This document shows positions 34,534-43,480 of a stretch of DNA of 50,908 nt, piece by piece. Below the pieces are notes generated by a model. That model was given only the letters and a program-made list of their open reading frames with translations, did not search any database and had not been told where the DNA came from. Origin of the DNA: a virus (Duplodnaviria > Caudoviricetes); the IMG/VR virus record IMGVR_UViG_3300024279_000010, positions 1-50,908 of that record; one strand, written 5' to 3'. The position numbers and the translations under genes are program-made. Position 1 is the stretch's first letter; every line of letters starts with the position of its first letter.

Positions 34534-36933
34534 TCACAGCGCCGTTTTCCTATGGTGGAGTTCAAACGGCAAGTTCAAGTGTGGTTGATTCTTGTTCGCG
34601 CTCTCATAGAACTTCTGAACTTCCGCGGCGCTTGTGAGCTGTTTTGCAAGGCAAGTATCGTGAATATAAAGCCGCGGCTTTCCCCCGTCTGGTAACACAG
34701 CGTTGTTAACGCGGCCGTCGATCAGCGCCGGGTGGTGGTGATACCCCAGCCCTTCCAAAATCTCACGCCGGCGAAGATGGTTGATCTTCCGCATGAGTCC
34801 CATTCGATCTAACAACCTATCAAGATATATCGATGAGATGAATCCCCCGTTGAATCCCGGAAGCCCCTGAGCTACGCTCTCCAAGATTTCTTGTTCGATT
34901 GTTCCCTGAGATACCGATAGAGCTTCCCCGGTAGTGGAGCTGATTGGGGCTCGTTGACATTCACCGGCCGGGTTAAGCTCCACGGGGATAACATACGAAT
35001 GAAGGAACTCAGATACAATCGCGTAACCATCAGCACGAAGCCAGTTATAGAGATTGGGGAAATAGTCTCCTCCTATTCCGTCTCGCTGGAGATGGCTCGA
35101 TTCTTGTTGAGCGGAAAACAACACGCAAAATCTACGATCATTTCCAGTCTTTTTAATTGCGTCTTTGTGGTTGCTGTTGAACATGAAATTTCCACAGATA
35201 TCAGCGGACGTTTGATCAACTCCCTTTGCTTCGATCTCAAGCCCATCCCCTCCCGTGATCATCGGTTTCAGTTCTTCGATCACTTCCCGGCGCGCGTCTG
35301 GAACATAGATATCTTCAACCGCATAGAAGATCTTTCCGACCATCCAAGCATTGAATTCCTTCGCGAGCTTTGAAGCTTTCGGCCAATGAACGTATCTTCT
35401 CCCCACAGCTTCAGCCACACAGCGGGTGAACAGCGTTTTCCCGTTTCCCTCAACCCCTTGGAGCAACGGAGCCCATTGGAACTTGACTCCCTTGTGCTGA
35501 ACCACAGCCGCCATATATGACAGTAAAATTACCTGATCCGTGGGGTCGGGGAGGATGCGCGCGAGATGAGCAAGGAACGGAGAAACGTCCCCTTCTTTCC
35601 GGGGAACATCAACCGGGACGTAAGTATTCACAAAGCTTTGACCGTTGCGCATCACGATCTCGCCGGCTGGGAGATCCGGCCGGAAGCAAATCCCATTGAC
35701 CATCGGGGGACGGAGCATCTGTGATTGTGTGAAAGCTTCCCACGAATCACGGGTTGTTCGCTCGTTCCCAAAATCCATCTGAAAGGTATAACCCCCGAAG
35801 TGAACCTTGAATTGTTCGGGCTTCAGGATGTGTCCCCCCGGAATCAATACGCGATGGGTATCTGTGATATAGATCATCCCTTTGAACAGCTCTTGCTGTG
35901 GCTGGAGCCCAATCATCCTCATGCCGCTTATCACTTCGCCTGATACGCTGGGGGCGCTCAGAGACGGGCCCGCGGCCGCTGGGAGGGTAGAAGCTTGGAA
36001 TATGTCAATCTGTCTCGCCACACAGCCCAGAATCGTTCGGCGGAGGTATGTCCCATATTGACCATCCGGACGTTCCCACTTTTCCCGAACCAGTTTGGAC
36101 TGATTCATAATCCGTTCTATGCGTTCGCAGTTCTTACCAGTCCAAAACGCGAGATGTTGCGCAAGCGCTCCATCGGCCATGCTGTTATCAAACGGCCGGC
36201 CGGGATCGGGATAGCATCTTCCTAGAGCTTTCTCATCAGCTAGGAAGAGATCCGCGAACGATGCTTTGTTTCCGAATGCTGAAGCCACTGTTCGCGATTG
36301 CATCGCGCGCCGGATAAGCTCCCCATCGTCTTCGATCCCACGCCACTCCGGAACCGGCGCGCAAGTCCAATCCGTTTCGGAGATCTCCGAACCGTCCGGA
36401 GGAAAATACGTCGCAATGAGAGAGGATAGAACCGGCGTGAAATCGCATGTGAGATCTCCGGAAGCGTTGATTCCCGTAAGCGCCGCGAACCGTCCCTTGT
36501 GATAAAACTCCGCATCCAACGCTTTGTTTTTGCATGCATGCGCCGGCGGAATCCCACTCCCGAATAAATGAAGCCCTTTGCCGGATTGCGAAACTTCAAT
36601 TGCACAGCCGGCGAGTAATTGACACATTTGGAGCGCATGAGGAGCCCAACCCCCGACCAACAAACAATTATCGATATCCAAGAACCAGAAGGGGTCATTT
36701 TCCGTGAAAACAAATCCGAGCCCGAAAGGTTCACCCCACGTCTCAACCAATTGCGAAGCCCGTTCAAACGTGATCCAAATTGAGGAGTTGTGAGCATCAG
36801 CGACCCTCCCGGTTGCATAGTCCAAGGGCAATTTATCTGTTTTTCCCGGCCGCGTTTGGCTGGGAACAGCTTTGTAAACGATCCATTGTTTAAACGCGCC
36901 AAATGGCGCAAGCGCCGCCGGAAGTTCTTTCAT
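34534..36933 (-). CDS. Primase-polymerase (NrS-1-like) fused to an SF3 helicase (DUF5906-like)
   Basis: FLDIDNC, EVSQSGKGLH; GVEGNGKT Walker A; DRRF; ATGA overlap at 36933. Confidence 0.88.
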   Translation of the reverse strand: MKELPAALAPFGAFKQWIVYKAVPSQTRPGKTDKLPLDYATGRVADAHNSSIWITFERASQLVETWGEPFGLGFVFTENDPFWFLDIDNCLLVGGWAPHALQMCQLLAGCAIEVSQSGKGLHLFGSGIPPAHACKNKALDAEFYHKGRFAALTGINASGDLTCDFTPVLSSLIATYFPPDGSEISETDWTCAPVPEWRGIEDDGELIRRAMQSRTVASAFGNKASFADLFLADEKALGRCYPDPGRPFDNSMADGALAQHLAFWTGKNCERIERIMNQSKLVREKWERPDGQYGTYLRRTILGCVARQIDIFQASTLPAAAGPSLSAPSVSGEVISGMRMIGLQPQQELFKGMIYITDTHRVLIPGGHILKPEQFKVHFGGYTFQMDFGNERTTRDSWEAFTQSQMLRPPMVNGICFRPDLPAGEIVMRNGQSFVNTYVPVDVPRKEGDVSPFLAHLARILPDPTDQVILLSYMAAVVQHKGVKFQWAPLLQGVEGNGKTLFTRCVAEAVGRRYVHWPKASKLAKEFNAWMVGKIFYAVEDIYVPDARREVIEELKPMITGGDGLEIEAKGVDQTSADICGNFMFNSNHKDAIKKTGNDRRFCVLFSAQQESSHLQRDGIGGDYFPNLYNWLRADGYAIVSEFLHSYVIPVELNPAGECQRAPISSTTGEALSVSQGTIEQEILESVAQGLPGFNGGFISSIYLDRLLDRMGLMRKINHLRRREILEGLGYHHHPALIDGRVNNAVLPDGGKPRLYIHDTCLAKQLTSAAEVQKFYESANKNQPHLNLPFELHHRKTAL

Positions 36934-37685
36934 CGCGGTAGTTCCTGATATTCGCAGAGAACCCCACATTCAACGGAAGGTTCAACGTCTTCAGCCACAT
37001 CGATAAGGGAAGGGAGTTCGCTGAGAAAGAATCGTTTCTTCTTTCCGTCGCGAGCTTGCTCCAGCATCTTCACTCCTAGCGCGCTTGATTGTCGAACACG
37101 TTTCCAAAAAACTTCAGGGAAAAGGTTCAAAACCCTCCGCCAATATTTAGGCGAAGTAACCTTCACGCATCCAATACAATTGTTGTTTTTGAATCCAAGA
37201 TCGTACATGATTGGCCGTTTAATTCCAGCGTTATTCAGGATCACAAAACAATCATCTTTTGTGGTTTTGTTCTCGCTCAAGATCCATTCCGTATCGATAT
37301 CGTTTTGGCTATCGAAGCGGACAATGCGGCTTTGTTCATCGTGAGTCAGCCCGAAGATATGAAGATCTCCGGGGAGCTGGAAATTTTGACGGGGAATTTT
37401 TTTCATTTCAACGGTACACAGAGCCCCTTTAGGTCCGCTCATATACCGGCGCTGTTCGATCACATCATCGACCGTCGCGTAACGCTCAGATTTAATTGTG
37501 AGTATCTTCTTTCCAATCCAATTGCTCACGTCACGCATGAAGCGCGCGTTGTCGGGATGCTCCGTTGCGAGCGTATCGTTATAAATCACAAGGGCATTTG
37601 GATATTTCTCAACAGTCTTTTTTGCCGCAACTGCTGAAGCGGCTCCGCATGAGAACCAACAAAGAACTCTTCCATCCGTAAGCAA
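36930..37685 (-). CDS. PAPS-reductase-like adenine nucleotide alpha-hydrolase
   Basis: WFSCGAASAVA PP-loop variant; EHPDN; CTVEMK; NNNCIGCVK; CGVLCE. Confidence 0.8.
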   Translation of the reverse strand: MLTDGRVLCWFSCGAASAVAAKKTVEKYPNALVIYNDTLATEHPDNARFMRDVSNWIGKKILTIKSERYATVDDVIEQRRYMSGPKGALCTVEMKKIPRQNFQLPGDLHIFGLTHDEQSRIVRFDSQNDIDTEWILSENKTTKDDCFVILNNAGIKRPIMYDLGFKNNNCIGCVKVTSPKYWRRVLNLFPEVFWKRVRQSSALGVKMLEQARDGKKKRFFLSELPSLIDVAEDVEPSVECGVLCEYQELPR

Positions 37686-37689
37686 GGGA

Positions 37690-38013
37690 TTACGCTCCTG
37701 ATTGTTTTAACGTATGAGCGAAAGCTTTTTGACGTAACAACGGCTTCATGCGATTGGCTTCCGGATCTCCCGCAACGAGAGCTTGAGTGAGAACATCGAA
37801 GTTCTCTTGCTTGATTGCAGTTCGAATCAGCTTGCGCCGGAGCGCTCCAATCGATCCGAAGTGGTGGAGAACCAGACCATGAGTACAGTGAGCTTTCGTT
37901 GCGATTTTTACCAGCGTGAGATTATTCCAACCGCCGGGTTCACTCGCAATCTGTAGAGCGGCCGTAAGTATCAGCTCGCAACGAACGCGCGGAGTTAGTT
38001 TCTGTCTAGGCAC
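37690..38013 (-). CDS. TetR-like HTH protein
   Basis: ILTAALQI...LTLVKIATKAHCTHGLVLHHFGS; GTG start at 38013. Confidence 0.78.
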   Translation of the reverse strand: MPRQKLTPRVRCELILTAALQIASEPGGWNNLTLVKIATKAHCTHGLVLHHFGSIGALRRKLIRTAIKQENFDVLTQALVAGDPEANRMKPLLRQKAFAHTLKQSGA

Positions 38014-38464
38014 GTAAGAGCCTTTCGATGTGCTGTTGTGTTTGATTGAGTTTATCAATTGACCAGCGCCGCGCGGCCGGGTGATCAATCATATAAAACT
38101 TGAAAACTCCAACTCCGGAAAGATAAGCCGTCCCGTCAGTGGCTCCGGTTGGCATGGATGCGATTTGCCCGAAGGTATATTGAGCAACCTTCCCACAAAC
38201 CAAAAGCAAATCCATTCCTTCATGTTTCAGGTAACTCAGATTTTCTTTTACCCATTCGGGATCAGGTTTTCCGTGGTGTTCCGCTGATCTTTGGACAACG
38301 CGGCAACAATTGGTGACAAGTAGAGAGCGAGTCCCCACAAGGCGATACAGCCTACGGCCGCTATGGTTATCAGGATTGATTCTGAAATAACGCGGAGCAT
38401 CTTCCCCAACTTCATTGAACCCCCTCCATGCCCACATTGAATCGAGTAAAGCAACGATGTTCAT
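38006..38464 (-). CDS. Uracil-DNA glycosylase superfamily-like protein
   Basis: SGRRLYRL, VTNC, LLLVCGKVA, DHPAAR pattern. Confidence 0.6.
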   Translation of the reverse strand: MNIVALLDSMWAWRGFNEVGEDAPRYFRINPDNHSGRRLYRLVGTRSLLVTNCCRVVQRSAEHHGKPDPEWVKENLSYLKHEGMDLLLVCGKVAQYTFGQIASMPTGATDGTAYLSGVGVFKFYMIDHPAARRWSIDKLNQTQQHIERLLRA

Positions 38465-38946
38465 AGGCTACCTTCACCAGTTACAAAGCAAGCATTCCCA
38501 CCATCAGCGTTCACCACTTCAGCCCATCGAAGCTGAGCCCGCTCGCGCTCCGTCCCTGAATAGTTCCAATTCGGCCGCTTGCATTCGCGCGAGATGAACT
38601 GAGCAATTCGAGTTCCCACGTGAGCCGGCGTGATTGTGACTGATCTCCAGCCGATAAGATCCCCGCTTTTAATCGATTTGTTGAGAGCTGGAGAATCGTT
38701 CGCGAGTCCGAACCTTACAGGTTGCCCCATTTCGTTAGGCATCACTCCAACGTTATTCCGCCAAAGCTTTATCCCTTTACGGCCGGCTTCCAATCGAACG
38801 AGCGATTGAACGTAAGCTTCAGAATGCGGATCTTCAATGCTCGCGAACGGTGAAGACGGTTGGAGCCCAAAAATCCCGTCAAGCTCAGAGAGCGCTTGAA
38901 TCGGAATCCCCCAACGAATTGCCCACTCTGAAATTGAAGAATTCAA
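38461..38946 (-). CDS. VRR-NUC endonuclease
   Basis: SEAYVQ, LWRNNVG, SGDLIG, ECKR, Q..W; TTG start with GGAG RBS. Confidence 0.85.
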   Translation of the reverse strand: MNSSISEWAIRWGIPIQALSELDGIFGLQPSSPFASIEDPHSEAYVQSLVRLEAGRKGIKLWRNNVGVMPNEMGQPVRFGLANDSPALNKSIKSGDLIGWRSVTITPAHVGTRIAQFISRECKRPNWNYSGTERERAQLRWAEVVNADGGNACFVTGEGSL

Positions 38947-39057
38947 GCTCAGCTCCAGCCACAAAACACGCAAACCAAAACGTTCGAACTCTGATAATTG
39001 CATTCCCCGGAAAATAGATTTTCCAGCGATCCGAACCACAGCGAGTAATGAACGGTT

Positions 39058-39558
39058 TCAGTTGCGTTCCTCAAGTGTGGCATCTTCCGCCGGCGCGTGA
39101 TCAGCTTCGAACGCTGAAGATCCCAGCGGCTCTCCCTGTGGCTCCGGCATCTGAAGAACGTTTGAAGTTCCCTCCGGAATCTGAGTGGCTTCAGATGGCA
39201 TCGGTTCCGCTAGAGCGTTCTTAACCGGCGCTGGGGGTTCATCGCGCATTTCGAAAACTGGTTTCTTGCCGGCTTCGCACAATTGAAAGTTCATCGGCGC
39301 GAGCTGTTTTCCAAACGTGAGCTGAGTCACAACGAGATCCAAGCTCGCGGCAACTTGCGCGCGTTCTTCATCGCTCAGACGGAACCGAACAGCAATCGCC
39401 CAATTCGGAACGATCTTTTTCACGTCCGGATTCTTCGGATCAATCACATGGAGCGTAACCGGGAGCCCGATTACTCCAACATACTGATTTTGATCTTTCG
39501 CAATTTCGGTTTCAAATACAACTTCCTCTTGAGTGAACACAGGAGAAACGCTTTTCAT
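39058..39558 (-). CDS. Hypothetical protein with Pro/Glu-rich tail
   Basis: GGAGG RBS; IAKDQNQY...LP...RLSDEER. Confidence 0.7.
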   Translation of the reverse strand: MKSVSPVFTQEEVVFETEIAKDQNQYVGVIGLPVTLHVIDPKNPDVKKIVPNWAIAVRFRLSDEERAQVAASLDLVVTQLTFGKQLAPMNFQLCEAGKKPVFEMRDEPPAPVKNALAEPMPSEATQIPEGTSNVLQMPEPQGEPLGSSAFEADHAPAEDATLEERN

Positions 39559-39600
39559 GGTCCGTAATCCTCCGGAAAAATTATTTTGGTTAGCGAGCAA

Positions 39601-39629
39601 AGTATATTTCTAGCTGACAACCGTGTCAA
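39601..39629 (-). promoter_or_regulatory. Near-consensus sigma70 promoter with class-1 operator
   Basis: Minus strand TTGACA-17nt-TATACT; CTGACA-ACCG-TGTCAA. Confidence 0.8.
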
Positions 39630-40160
39630 TCAGTTTCGATAGTCCGTACAATGATGACGATTTTTGATAGCGTTGCATTTTGAACAAAGGGGTTGAATAT
39701 TAGAAATAAAATTCGTTCCACCTTTCGAAAGTGGGATTACATGATCGGGAACCAATCGTTCTCGCAATCCACATCTCAAGCAATGGTGATCGTATTTTGA
39801 ACACAATTCCTCAAATTCTTCTTTCGTGAATTTGCCCGGAGCTGCATTCAAAAGAGCCCTTCGATTGTGTTCGTAAACTCGATATCGAGCGCGATTCGAT
39901 CTTTTGTTGACTCGATTTTTCTCTAGGAGTCTTTTCGAATGAGCTTTCCGATATCGAGCATTTCTGATTGATTCAGTTTCTCGATTCGAATGAAAATAGA
40001 GTCTCGATTCTTCGCGTTGTTTTTCGATATTGCGTTTTTGAAATCTAGATACAGCATCGCGAGCCCTTTGGTTTCTACATTCTAGACAAAATCCGGGAAT
40101 TGGTCCGGTTTTCCCATACCGTTTGAATTTTGACTTACACATTCTGCATTTCAAATTCAT
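39630..40160 (-). CDS. HNH endonuclease
   Basis: CLRC...DHVIPLSKGGTNFISNIQPLCSKCNAIK; AT-rich. Confidence 0.9.
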   Translation of the reverse strand: MNLKCRMCKSKFKRYGKTGPIPGFCLECRNQRARDAVSRFQKRNIEKQREESRLYFHSNRETESIRNARYRKAHSKRLLEKNRVNKRSNRARYRVYEHNRRALLNAAPGKFTKEEFEELCSKYDHHCLRCGLRERLVPDHVIPLSKGGTNFISNIQPLCSKCNAIKNRHHCTDYRN

Positions 40161-41896
40161 GCAAAATAATCCTCCGCTGAAACAGCCCCATCGATTCCGA
40201 ATTTCGCTAGATAAGTGAAGATTTTTCCGGCGAGTTCTTCACTATCTTTCGATCCAAGCAATTGAGCGTTCGCAACATCAATTCCGAATCGGAAAAAGAA
40301 GCGCCGATAACTCTCAGTTTCTTTAAAACCTTGAGCACATTCGAGCCCAGCGAACCAGCTTATCGCATTGCGAAGCGCGCGTTGCGATTCCTGTCTTCCT
40401 GTCCAATTGGCTCGCGCCGCAATCTGAGCCGCTATAGGCAATCCGGCCGGCGAATAAAAATCCCCATCCTTGCGTGCGATTTCTCCGCGGAGCGCGTTCA
40501 ACGTATCCGCGTCAAGCTCCGTTAGATCCCCATCAACGAATTCCGGAGCTGATCGGGATTGGGGTTCCTGTCTGAACCCGCAATATGGGCAGATAACGCG
40601 CGAACGTTCGTATGGCTGGAGACACTGAACACAAATTCGAATGGGAATTTTATCCGGATCTTTCGAGCGCCGGCGCTCGCGCCGCTCTAGGCTCCAAACT
40701 TGCCGCTTATCCGGGGGACCATTGTGACGGAGCACGTTTCCCACGTGATCGAGAACAATCGCTTTCGGCTTCGCGCTTCCCGCTATAATCTGAATCCGCT
40801 CTTGAGAACTGAAGGAATCCCAGCGCCGATTGAGATCTTCAGAAAGCATGAGCCGGAGCGCGCGGCCGAATTGCTGAGAGTAGAGAGCGAACGATTCTGT
40901 TGGACGCGCGAAACTCACAACTTCAATCGCCGGCAAATCGAAGCCTTCTCCGAATAAATCAACGTTCACCAATTGAAGAATCTCGCGCCGCTCGAATCGA
41001 TCAAGGATATGCGCGCGTAAAGCTTCCGGGGTTTTCGCGTGAACAACTTCCGCTGAGACTCCGCGGGATCGATAAGCGGCCGCGGTTCCGGTTGCCGATT
41101 CAACGTCAACTTCAAACGTTACTCCGAGCTTCCCCGGAGCATATTTCAAATAGTGATCAACCACATCTCCCGTTAGAGTGGCTGAACTGTGGCGAGCTTT
41201 CCGGAGCTGATCTTGATTAAGCTCGCCGGTTGAATCGCTTACAGCCACAGAATCAAGCGCGAAATCTTTGGGGATTGGGGGACATACTAAACGGTAATCC
41301 GTTAAGTAACCCATGTTGATAATCTCGCGCATGGTTGGAGCAAGTACCATCGCGTCTGTAAGCCCATCAGCCCAGCGTCCCAAGCCCCTTCCATCAGCGC
41401 GCCGCGGGGTTGCCGTAGGGAACAGCCCGCGAGCGTTGGGAAACTTCTTAGCGGCTCTTCCCCACTTGTTTTCCTTCAATACGTGATGCCCCTCATCCTG
41501 AACGGCCAAACGAACTTGAGTGAACCACGGTTCATTGTCCATTTTTATAATGGTGTCCACTCCTCCCACTCCAGTTTTCGATGTGGGATCAGTGAAGGGA
41601 TAACCGAACTTCGAAATCTGAAGAGCGTTGATGATCCGGAGGAGAGCTTTACGTTGTCCAACGATCCTGTGACGAACTCCATTACGCGCGAGCGCTATGG
41701 ATATCTGCGAAACCAGCTCTTGACGATGAGCGATTGCGATGGATGCGCCGGATTCGTCATACATGATTTTTGAAATAATGACGGTTTTCCCGCTCCCCGT
41801 CGCTGAAACCGGCATAACATTTACAGCGCCGGCGTTCCATGCTGAATAGATATCGCGCTCAAGAACGGTTTGAAAACTTCGCAACGGAACCGGCAT
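40157..41896 (-). CDS. SF2 DExH helicase with zinc finger
   Basis: ATGSGKT, DEGHH, TATP, GEGFD, QQFGRALR, CVQC..CPYC. Confidence 0.92.
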   Translation of the reverse strand: MPVPLRSFQTVLERDIYSAWNAGAVNVMPVSATGSGKTVIISKIMYDESGASIAIAHRQELVSQISIALARNGVRHRIVGQRKALLRIINALQISKFGYPFTDPTSKTGVGGVDTIIKMDNEPWFTQVRLAVQDEGHHVLKENKWGRAAKKFPNARGLFPTATPRRADGRGLGRWADGLTDAMVLAPTMREIINMGYLTDYRLVCPPIPKDFALDSVAVSDSTGELNQDQLRKARHSSATLTGDVVDHYLKYAPGKLGVTFEVDVESATGTAAAYRSRGVSAEVVHAKTPEALRAHILDRFERREILQLVNVDLFGEGFDLPAIEVVSFARPTESFALYSQQFGRALRLMLSEDLNRRWDSFSSQERIQIIAGSAKPKAIVLDHVGNVLRHNGPPDKRQVWSLERRERRRSKDPDKIPIRICVQCLQPYERSRVICPYCGFRQEPQSRSAPEFVDGDLTELDADTLNALRGEIARKDGDFYSPAGLPIAAQIAARANWTGRQESQRALRNAISWFAGLECAQGFKETESYRRFFFRFGIDVANAQLLGSKDSEELAGKIFTYLAKFGIDGAVSAEDYFA

Positions 41897-41931
41897 TTAA
41901 ATAAATCTCCGAACTGTGCAAAACGGAACAG

Positions 41932-41959
41932 AAAATATTGACAACCTTGTCAATATTTT
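41932..41959. promoter_or_regulatory. Class-1 operator with extended palindrome
   Basis: AAAATATTGACA-ACCT-TGTCAATATTTT. Confidence 0.75.
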
Positions 41960-42058
41960 AGTCATATCATTACGAAAGGATCTGAAGTAACTTCCTTGTT
42001 TTGCACAGCTTATGCACACTGAAAAATTCCCTTTACTTTTGAAATTAAAAGAGTTATA

Positions 42059-42074
42059 TTGACAACCATGTCAA
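42059..42074. promoter_or_regulatory. Class-1 operator
   Basis: TTGACA-ACCA-TGTCAA. Confidence 0.75.
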
Positions 42075-42126
42075 TTTGCACAACTGACATGGGACCGTTA
42101 GACCAACCCCAATCCCGATAGGAGAC

Positions 42127-42498
42127 ATGAACAACATGAGTGATCGTTGCTTGATCAGTTCAACTGTCCAACGGGAGCTTAAAGCGCGAAACCTTACGGC
42201 CGATGAACTTTTGCGCGAAGCTCTCAAGATTAAAACAGAAGGATTCACAACAAGTGACAACCGATATTTCCCCGAAGGAACAGTTTTCATCGCATGGTAC
42301 AAAAACAAAGCTCTTTCTGCTGTGGTAAAGAACGGCGCTGTTGAGTGTGAAGGCAAGAGTTACACCAGTCTTTCAGGAGCCGCGGCGCATTATACCGGAC
42401 GGCCAACCACGAACGGATGGGATTTTTGGAGCGTTCGCGTTCCGGGCAAAGCTGAGTTTATCCCAGCTTACAAAGCGGCCGAAACTAGAGCCGCGTAA
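42127..42498 (+). CDS. RAMA-domain protein with RHH-like N-terminus
   Basis: EGKSYTSLSGAA...TNGWDFW RAMA signature; GGAG RBS. Confidence 0.75.
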   Translation: MNNMSDRCLISSTVQRELKARNLTADELLREALKIKTEGFTTSDNRYFPEGTVFIAWYKNKALSAVVKNGAVECEGKSYTSLSGAAAHYTGRPTTNGWDFWSVRVPGKAEFIPAYKAAETRAA

Positions 42499-42517
42499 AA
42501 CCTTTCCCCTTTTTCAT

Positions 42518-42554
42518 ACCCTTCGGATCTCACCGTCCGGAGGGGTTCTTTTTT
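42518..42554 (+). terminator. Intrinsic terminator after the RAMA gene
   Basis: CCCTTCGGA/TCCGGAGGG stem plus TTCTTTTTT. Confidence 0.8.
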
Positions 42555-42591
42555 GGTTTTCGAAAGATCAGATACAACGGGATCACAGCAC

Positions 42592-42616
42592 AAAACAGCA
42601 AAAACAGCAAAAACAG
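42592..42616. repeat. Short tandem repeat (AAAACAGCA)x2.8
   Basis: Read directly from the sequence. Confidence 0.7.
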
Positions 42617-42677
42617 AACTGAGATTACATCTAAGATCGTCTCAACCATTGACGTAATATCCTTCCGAAATTATTAT

Positions 42678-42706
42678 TTGACAATGTTGTCAATGTATTT
42701 TAATCT
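42678..42706 (+). promoter_or_regulatory. Sigma70 promoter of the rightward replication operon with class-1 operator
   Basis: TTGACA-17nt-TAATCT; TTGACA-ATGT-TGTCAA. Confidence 0.8.
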
Positions 42707-42747
42707 TCTCAGCGAGTCAATCTGAAAAATCTGAAAGGGGTTCGATA

Positions 42748-43476
42748 GTGGCGCATTTGCTAACTGTTGATTTGGATACCATCACGCCGGCGCAAGCTGA
42801 ATTGCTCGCCGGTTTTATTATGACGTTTGCCGATGGGAGAGCGAGCGGATTCACGGAGCCCGAAAGCGTTCCTCCAGCTCCGCCGGCGATTGATCCCGCG
42901 GCCGCGTTCGGCGCGATCCCAATCGGAAAGATTTCCGATGTTGCTCCATCTGTGGAGATCCCTTCTCCAAACCCTCCGAATGCCGGTATTGTGAACTCCA
43001 CTCACGCGCCGGCGATCCCTTCTGTCTCTACTGTGGGAGTGACGCTCGATAAAGAAGGGCTCCCGTGGGATGCTCGCATTCATGCAAGCTCCAAAGCTCA
43101 GAACGCCGATGGGACGTGGAGACTAAAGCGCGGGCTCGCGAAAGATCATTTGGACAAAGTAACCGCGGAATTACGTCAAGTAATGGCGATTCCCGCTCCC
43201 CCAGCTCCAGGCCCGCAACTGGTTTCCCCTCCCCCGGCGCAACCGCAAGCTCCTCCCCCTCCGCCGGCGAATGAAGCGGAAATTCGAGAGAGTTACATTA
43301 AGCTCTTTACCCGTGTAAGTTCAGCAATGAGCGAAGGGAAACTTTCGCAAGCCCAGCTTGACAAGTGTTTGCAAGGGATCGGGGTTCCCAGCTTGCCACT
43401 CTTGGGAGCGCGGTTGGATCTTGTTCCGCAAGCATGCGCGCTGATCGATGGAGTAATCGCCGGCGCGAGCGCTTAA
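42748..43476 (+). CDS. Pro-rich replication-module protein
   Basis: DKEGLPWDARIHASSK...GTWRLKRG motif between Pro-rich linkers. Confidence 0.75.
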   Translation: MAHLLTVDLDTITPAQAELLAGFIMTFADGRASGFTEPESVPPAPPAIDPAAAFGAIPIGKISDVAPSVEIPSPNPPNAGIVNSTHAPAIPSVSTVGVTLDKEGLPWDARIHASSKAQNADGTWRLKRGLAKDHLDKVTAELRQVMAIPAPPAPGPQLVSPPPAQPQAPPPPPANEAEIRESYIKLFTRVSSAMSEGKLSQAQLDKCLQGIGVPSLPLLGARLDLVPQACALIDGVIAGASA

Positions 43477-43480
43477 CGCG

